From assembly GCA_012295275.1 (NCBI GenBank), contig CM022665.1, forward strand, positions 47,864,001 through 47,928,000: DNA of 64,000 nucleotides. The letters are read 5' to 3'. Shown here in pieces: positions 63,873 through 64,000 of this stretch. Source of the DNA: Chrysomallon squamiferum. Taxonomy: Eukaryota > Animalia > Mollusca. Numbering within the stretch: position 1 is the first letter of the stretch; every line of letters starts with the position of its first letter. The notes beneath the pieces are model-generated. The model saw nothing but the letters and a program-made list of their open reading frames with translations. It did not search any database and was not told where the DNA came from. The position numbers were made by a program, and so were the translations under genes.

Positions 63873-64000
63873 CTGAAACACACAGAACTCATTACACACC
63901 ACAACCAGCAGGCTGGACCCAGACTGAAACACACAGAACTGACTCACTACACAACCAGCAGGCTGGACCCAGACTGAAACACACAGAACTCATTACACAC
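63849..64000. repeat. 50-51-bp repeat (at least 3 copies, runs off the window) containing the acceptor and first ~24 nt of exon 63721-63872
   Basis: CACAACCAGCAGGCTGGACCCAGACTGAAACACACAGAACT is repeated at ~63849, ~63900 and ~63950. Confidence 0.93.

Overview
AT-rich, microsatellite-dense animal genomic DNA, probably from an invertebrate; the taxon cannot be fixed from sequence alone. There are three zones. (1) 1-25863 is mostly non-coding. It holds mini/microsatellites, a triplicated ~1.5-1.9 kb composite module and many perfect CRE/AP-1/kB motifs. It also has one GC-rich intronless minus-strand ORF (21916-22917) encoding a disordered protein with a C-terminal PP1-docking RVxF-like motif. 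(2) After a 200-N gap comes a ~28.4 kb array of about 75 copies of a ~374-bp CpG-rich satellite (26064-54438). Each monomer is a chain of short dyads, and the array changes from subfamily A to subfamily B across ~38.3-40.5 kb. (3) 54439-64000 holds the 3' half of glutamine-dependent NAD+ synthetase (NADSYN1) on the minus strand, with nine coding exons whose GT-AG phases are fully consistent, plus a possible convergent terminal exon. The most unusual signal is that five consecutive NADSYN1 exons are each flanked by a different minisatellite built from that exon's own splice site plus 20-40 nt of exon, giving dozens of decoy splice sites. Nearly all ORFs in the supplied track are repeat artefacts.
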